Shown one piece after another: positions 60,706-64,000 of a DNA stretch of 64,000 nt; position 1 is the stretch's first letter; each line of letters opens with the position of its first letter. This DNA comes from the human T2T-CHM13v2.0 reference genome, Homo sapiens. The position numbers were made by a program, and so were the translations under genes. A model generated the notes under the pieces. That model did not search any database, had not been told where the DNA came from, and saw only the letters and a program-made list of their open reading frames with translations. The stretch covers positions 42,304,001 through 42,368,000 of the forward strand of contig CP068257.2 of assembly GCA_009914755.4 (NCBI GenBank), written 5' to 3'.

Positions 60706-61383
60706 TAAATACAGAATCTGGTTCATTGTAGGGGGATTGGTTTCTGTTAACTGCTTTTTTTTTTTCTTAACTATGGCTTACGTTTTCCTCTTTCTTTGTA
60801 TGTTTAGTGATTTTTGTTTTTTTAGTGTATATTCAACACTGATAAATAACAAATGAGGGAGACTCAGGGTGCTCTTCCACTGAAAAATCCTGACTTTCGT
60901 TCTAGTTTGTAGTTCCATTACTGGACGTACCATGCTGGGCTGTGTAGGCTTAGCTTTAGGCTCTGTTTACTGAGCAATGTCCCAGGTGTCTCCCAGGCCC
61001 CTCTTACTTGGCAGGACTTAACCTCCAAACTCTGACCGTCTTGTGGATCGGGTCAGGGTTTTGCTTTAGACGTTGTTAAGGCGGGCCTGGAGTAGTCCTT
61101 ATTCTAGGGGAGGGACTGGCAACCTCTGGCTCACAAGCCACATGTGTTGATGGCCTGTTTTTGTACAGCACTTAAAGCCAGGAATGGCTTTTATATTTTT
61201 AAAGAGTTGTTTAAAAAAAAAAAAAAAACAAGCAAAAATATGAAACAAAAACTGCATGTGGCCCACACAACCTAAAATACTTATCTGGGCCCTTTATAGG
61301 TCGTTTGCTGACCCCTGGGAATGTGATTCTCAATCTAGTGTCTCAGCTCAATGTCCTCAGTGTTAATGGCATTAAAAAGGTCT

Positions 61384-61682
61384 TGACTGGGCACGGTGGC
61401 TCGTACTCGTCATCCCAGCACTTTGGGAGGATTAGGCAGGAGGACTGCTTGAGGCCAGGAGTTCAAGACCAGCCTGGGCAACAGAGTGGGACCCTCTCTC
61501 TACAAAAAAAGAAAAAATTAGCCGGGCGTGGTGGCACTCACCTGTGGTCCCAACTACTTGGGAGGCTGAGGTGGGAGGATCACTTGAGCCCAGAAGTTCT
61601 AGGCTGCACTGAGATAACGATCAAACCACTGCACCCCAGCCTAGGTGACAGAACAAGACTGTCTGAAAAGAAAACAAAACGG
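61384..61682 (+). mobile_element. Alu (diverged)
   Basis: gactgggcacggtggctcgtactcgtcatcccagcactttgggagg…. Confidence 0.85.
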
Positions 61683-63061
61683 AAAGTCCTTTCCTGTAGC
61701 ACTACTGGACCTCTAGTCTTTGTGCCATCCTCAACTCTGTAACAGCCGCTTCCTGGTAAACCCATAGAGTCGTCCCACACGTGTAGTCCAGCCTAGGCCA
61801 AGGACTTTCAGGGAACCCTACATCGACTTCGGCTCCCCACTCTTGCTAAGCTTCTTCCCCTCCAGTGCCCTGCCTTGCCGGCCTGCTGCTTTAGCTGCCC
61901 AGAAGTCTGGTCTCTTGCCTCTCACACCATTACAGTGCACCACACTACACTATGTTCACACATTTAGCAGCTGTGTTCACACCCAAACTATCTCATATAT
62001 ACATTTTGTTAAAAAAAACTTCAGGACTCTCTAAACTTATGATGCCAAGGGTGAAGTTAAGCCCTGGAGACTGAGTCAGTAGCAAGTTTGCAATTCTGCT
62101 TCTTCGATTACAGTTTAATGCTCTTCCTCCTTGTTCTTGAGCACAAGTGTCTTCCTCATTGTGGCTGCTCTGTAAATCAGGGCTCCCCGACCGCCAGGGC
62201 CACAGACACATACCGGTCAGGCCACACAGCAGGAGGTGAGCTTCAGGCCAGGGAGCAAAGCTTCATCTGTATTTACAGCTGCTCCCCATCGCTGGCATTA
62301 CCGCCTGAGCTCCGCCTCCTGTCAGGTCAGCAGCAGCGCTGGATTCTCCTAGGAGGGTGAACCCTGTTGTGAACTGCACATTGGAGGGGTCTAGGTTGCG
62401 TGCTCCTTATGAGAATCTCATCCCTAATGATGTGTCCCTGGCTTCCATCATCCCTAGATGTGACCGTCCAGTTGCAGGAAAACAAGCTCAGGGCTCCCAC
62501 TGATTCCACATTATGGGAAGTTGTATTTTATTACATATTACAACATAAAAATAATAAAGTGCACAATAAATGAAATGTGTTTGAATCGTCCTGAAACCAC
62601 CCCAACTTTGTCTGTGGAAAAACTGCATTCTATGAAACTGGTCCCTGGTGCCAAAAAGGTTGGGGACTGCTGCTGTTAATGACTAAGAAAGACCAGGTCT
62701 CCCCCTTCCCATTTGGTGATTTTTGTTACAGATTAGCTGTCTCCATTGTCCTGTACCTGACTTAGACCAGACAGCACAGAGACCCCAGGACTGTTTCATC
62801 TTCAGTGGGTCCCCAAAGAAAAAGACCACCTCGACTAAACAGACTGTTGTAACTATGCATTAGGCCTTATACAGAAAAGACGCTGAAATTCGGTTAGGCT
62901 TCCCGAGACGCTGGCTATAGAAACGACCCCAAATTTCTACGTTTGAGAACACTGACTTCCATTCTTTATAATGTTTCCTGGGCGCCTCAAGCTTCGCATT
63001 TGACTAAACTCTAGATTCTGACCCTTTTGATTATTTTTGGTTGACAGTTTTTGTCATTTTA

Positions 63062-63385
63062 TGGCTGGGAGTGATGGCTCACACCTGTAATCTCAACACT
63101 TTGGGAGGCCAAGGCTGGAGGATCACTTGAGCCCAGGAGTTTGAAACCAGCCTGGAAAACATAGTGAGATCCCGACAAAAGAAAAGAAAAGAAAAAAATT
63201 AGCTGGGCGTGGTGGCTGCCCCCGTGGTCCCAGTTACTGGCGGAGGGGGTGGGGCGGGGGGAAACAAGGCGGGAGGATCGCTTGAGCCTGGAAGGTCGAG
63301 GCTGCAGTGAGCCGTGTCCCGCCACTGCACTCCAGCCTGAGCCAACTGAGGAAGACCCTGCTCCAAAGAAAAAAAGAAAAAGAAA
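63062..63385 (+). mobile_element. Alu (diverged, with GA-rich insertion/tail)
   Basis: ggctgggagtgatggctcacacctgtaatctcaacactttgggagg…gcagtgagccgtgtcccgccactgcactccagcctgagcc. Confidence 0.85.
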
Positions 63386-63399
63386 CACCCGCGCCCCGC

Positions 63400-64000
63400 C
63401 CCCCCCGTTTACGTGCACAAGAAGCCCATATGCAGTTAAGTGTGAGGTTTATTTTGTGGCATTCCGAAATGCCGAGGGCCAGGTCCCCACAAAAACATTT
63501 GCGGCGTGAGGGAAACGGGAAGAGCCCAGCGGTAGGCGGAAGGCACGCGCCGGGGACACTCAGCGGCGAGGGCCTGCGGGAGCCCCCAGCGCGATAAGGA
63601 GCCCGGCCGGGGAGCAGCGGCCCGCCGCGGGACGCCCGAGCTGCGGGGAACGCGAGGGCAGCGAGGCCGGCGTCTCTGGTCCGGGAGCGTCCAGGCTCGC
63701 TCACCGCGCGCGAGGCCCGCCTGCCGAGTCCTGGCCTCAGCTCCGGCGCAGGGCCCAGCGGGGCGCCCACTGCCGAGGGAGGAAGATGGACGTGTCCCGG
63801 GAGCCCCGCTCCGCCTCCCACTTCCCACCTCCCGGTCCCGCGCGGCCGGCCCGGGCGCACTTCCGTCGGAGGCGAAGCGCGGCGAAGACCCGCCCCGTGA
63901 AGCCTCGCGCGCCCCGGAAATGGTCATGCGGCGGCGCCGAGGCCGGAAGTGGCTGAGGCCGGCAGCAGCGGGCGGCAGCTGCGGCGCAACCGGCTCCGGA
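63400..64000 (+). promoter_or_regulatory. CpG island / probable promoter and 5' end of the next gene downstream (TRAPPC10 expected by synteny; unverified)
   Basis: Abrupt rise in GC and CpG density (cgcgcg, gcggcggcgccgaggccggaagtggctgaggccgg, GGAAGTG ETS-like motifs) immediately after an Alu; continues to the window edge. Confidence 0.55.

Noticed and set aside
63234-63927. 208-aa and 163-aa minus-strand ORFs in the terminal CpG island
   Set aside because: Arg/Pro/Ala-rich reading frames typical of CpG islands; one starts inside an Alu; no support as coding
63786-63960. ATG ORF (MDVSREP…) as first coding exon of the downstream gene
   Set aside because: Does not match the TRAPPC10 N-terminus as I recall it; more likely 5'UTR/uORF. 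Kept only as a note in findings

Overview
This window reads as human genomic DNA. It holds about 48 Alu elements, L1 fragments and GC/GT-rich minisatellites; it is not a prokaryotic or otherwise compact genome. The plus strand carries the complete 376-codon coding sequence of a lysophosphatidic-acid acyltransferase in eight exons between 11303 and 34013 (M…NHNFEIDF…EGTRF…KKKE*). The translation reads to me as human AGPAT3 (LPAAT-gamma, chr21q22.3). Every exon is flanked by canonical AG/GT splice sites and the intron phases are all consistent. From 1 to 11254 the window is upstream AGPAT3 intron. A long Alu-free 3'UTR follows the stop codon, to roughly 38.7 kb. From 39 to 63.4 kb the sequence is Alu-dense intergenic DNA containing a nested L1/Alu cluster. 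The last ~600 bp is a CpG island, probably the promoter of the next gene downstream (TRAPPC10 by synteny as I remember it, not verified). I see no novel defense-type or operon-like system and no such system is claimed. The notable observations are repeat architecture close to splice sites: a 1.3-kb UG-rich minisatellite about 65 bp upstream of the start-codon exon, and a G-rich tandem array of pseudo-donor sites directly after the next exon's donor. Other observations are a CpG-rich patch and candidate alternative poly(A) signals in the 3'UTR, several VNTR-type minisatellites, and unusual Alu arrangements. All coordinates for repeats are eyeball estimates (±10 bp); exon coordinates were counted base by base.
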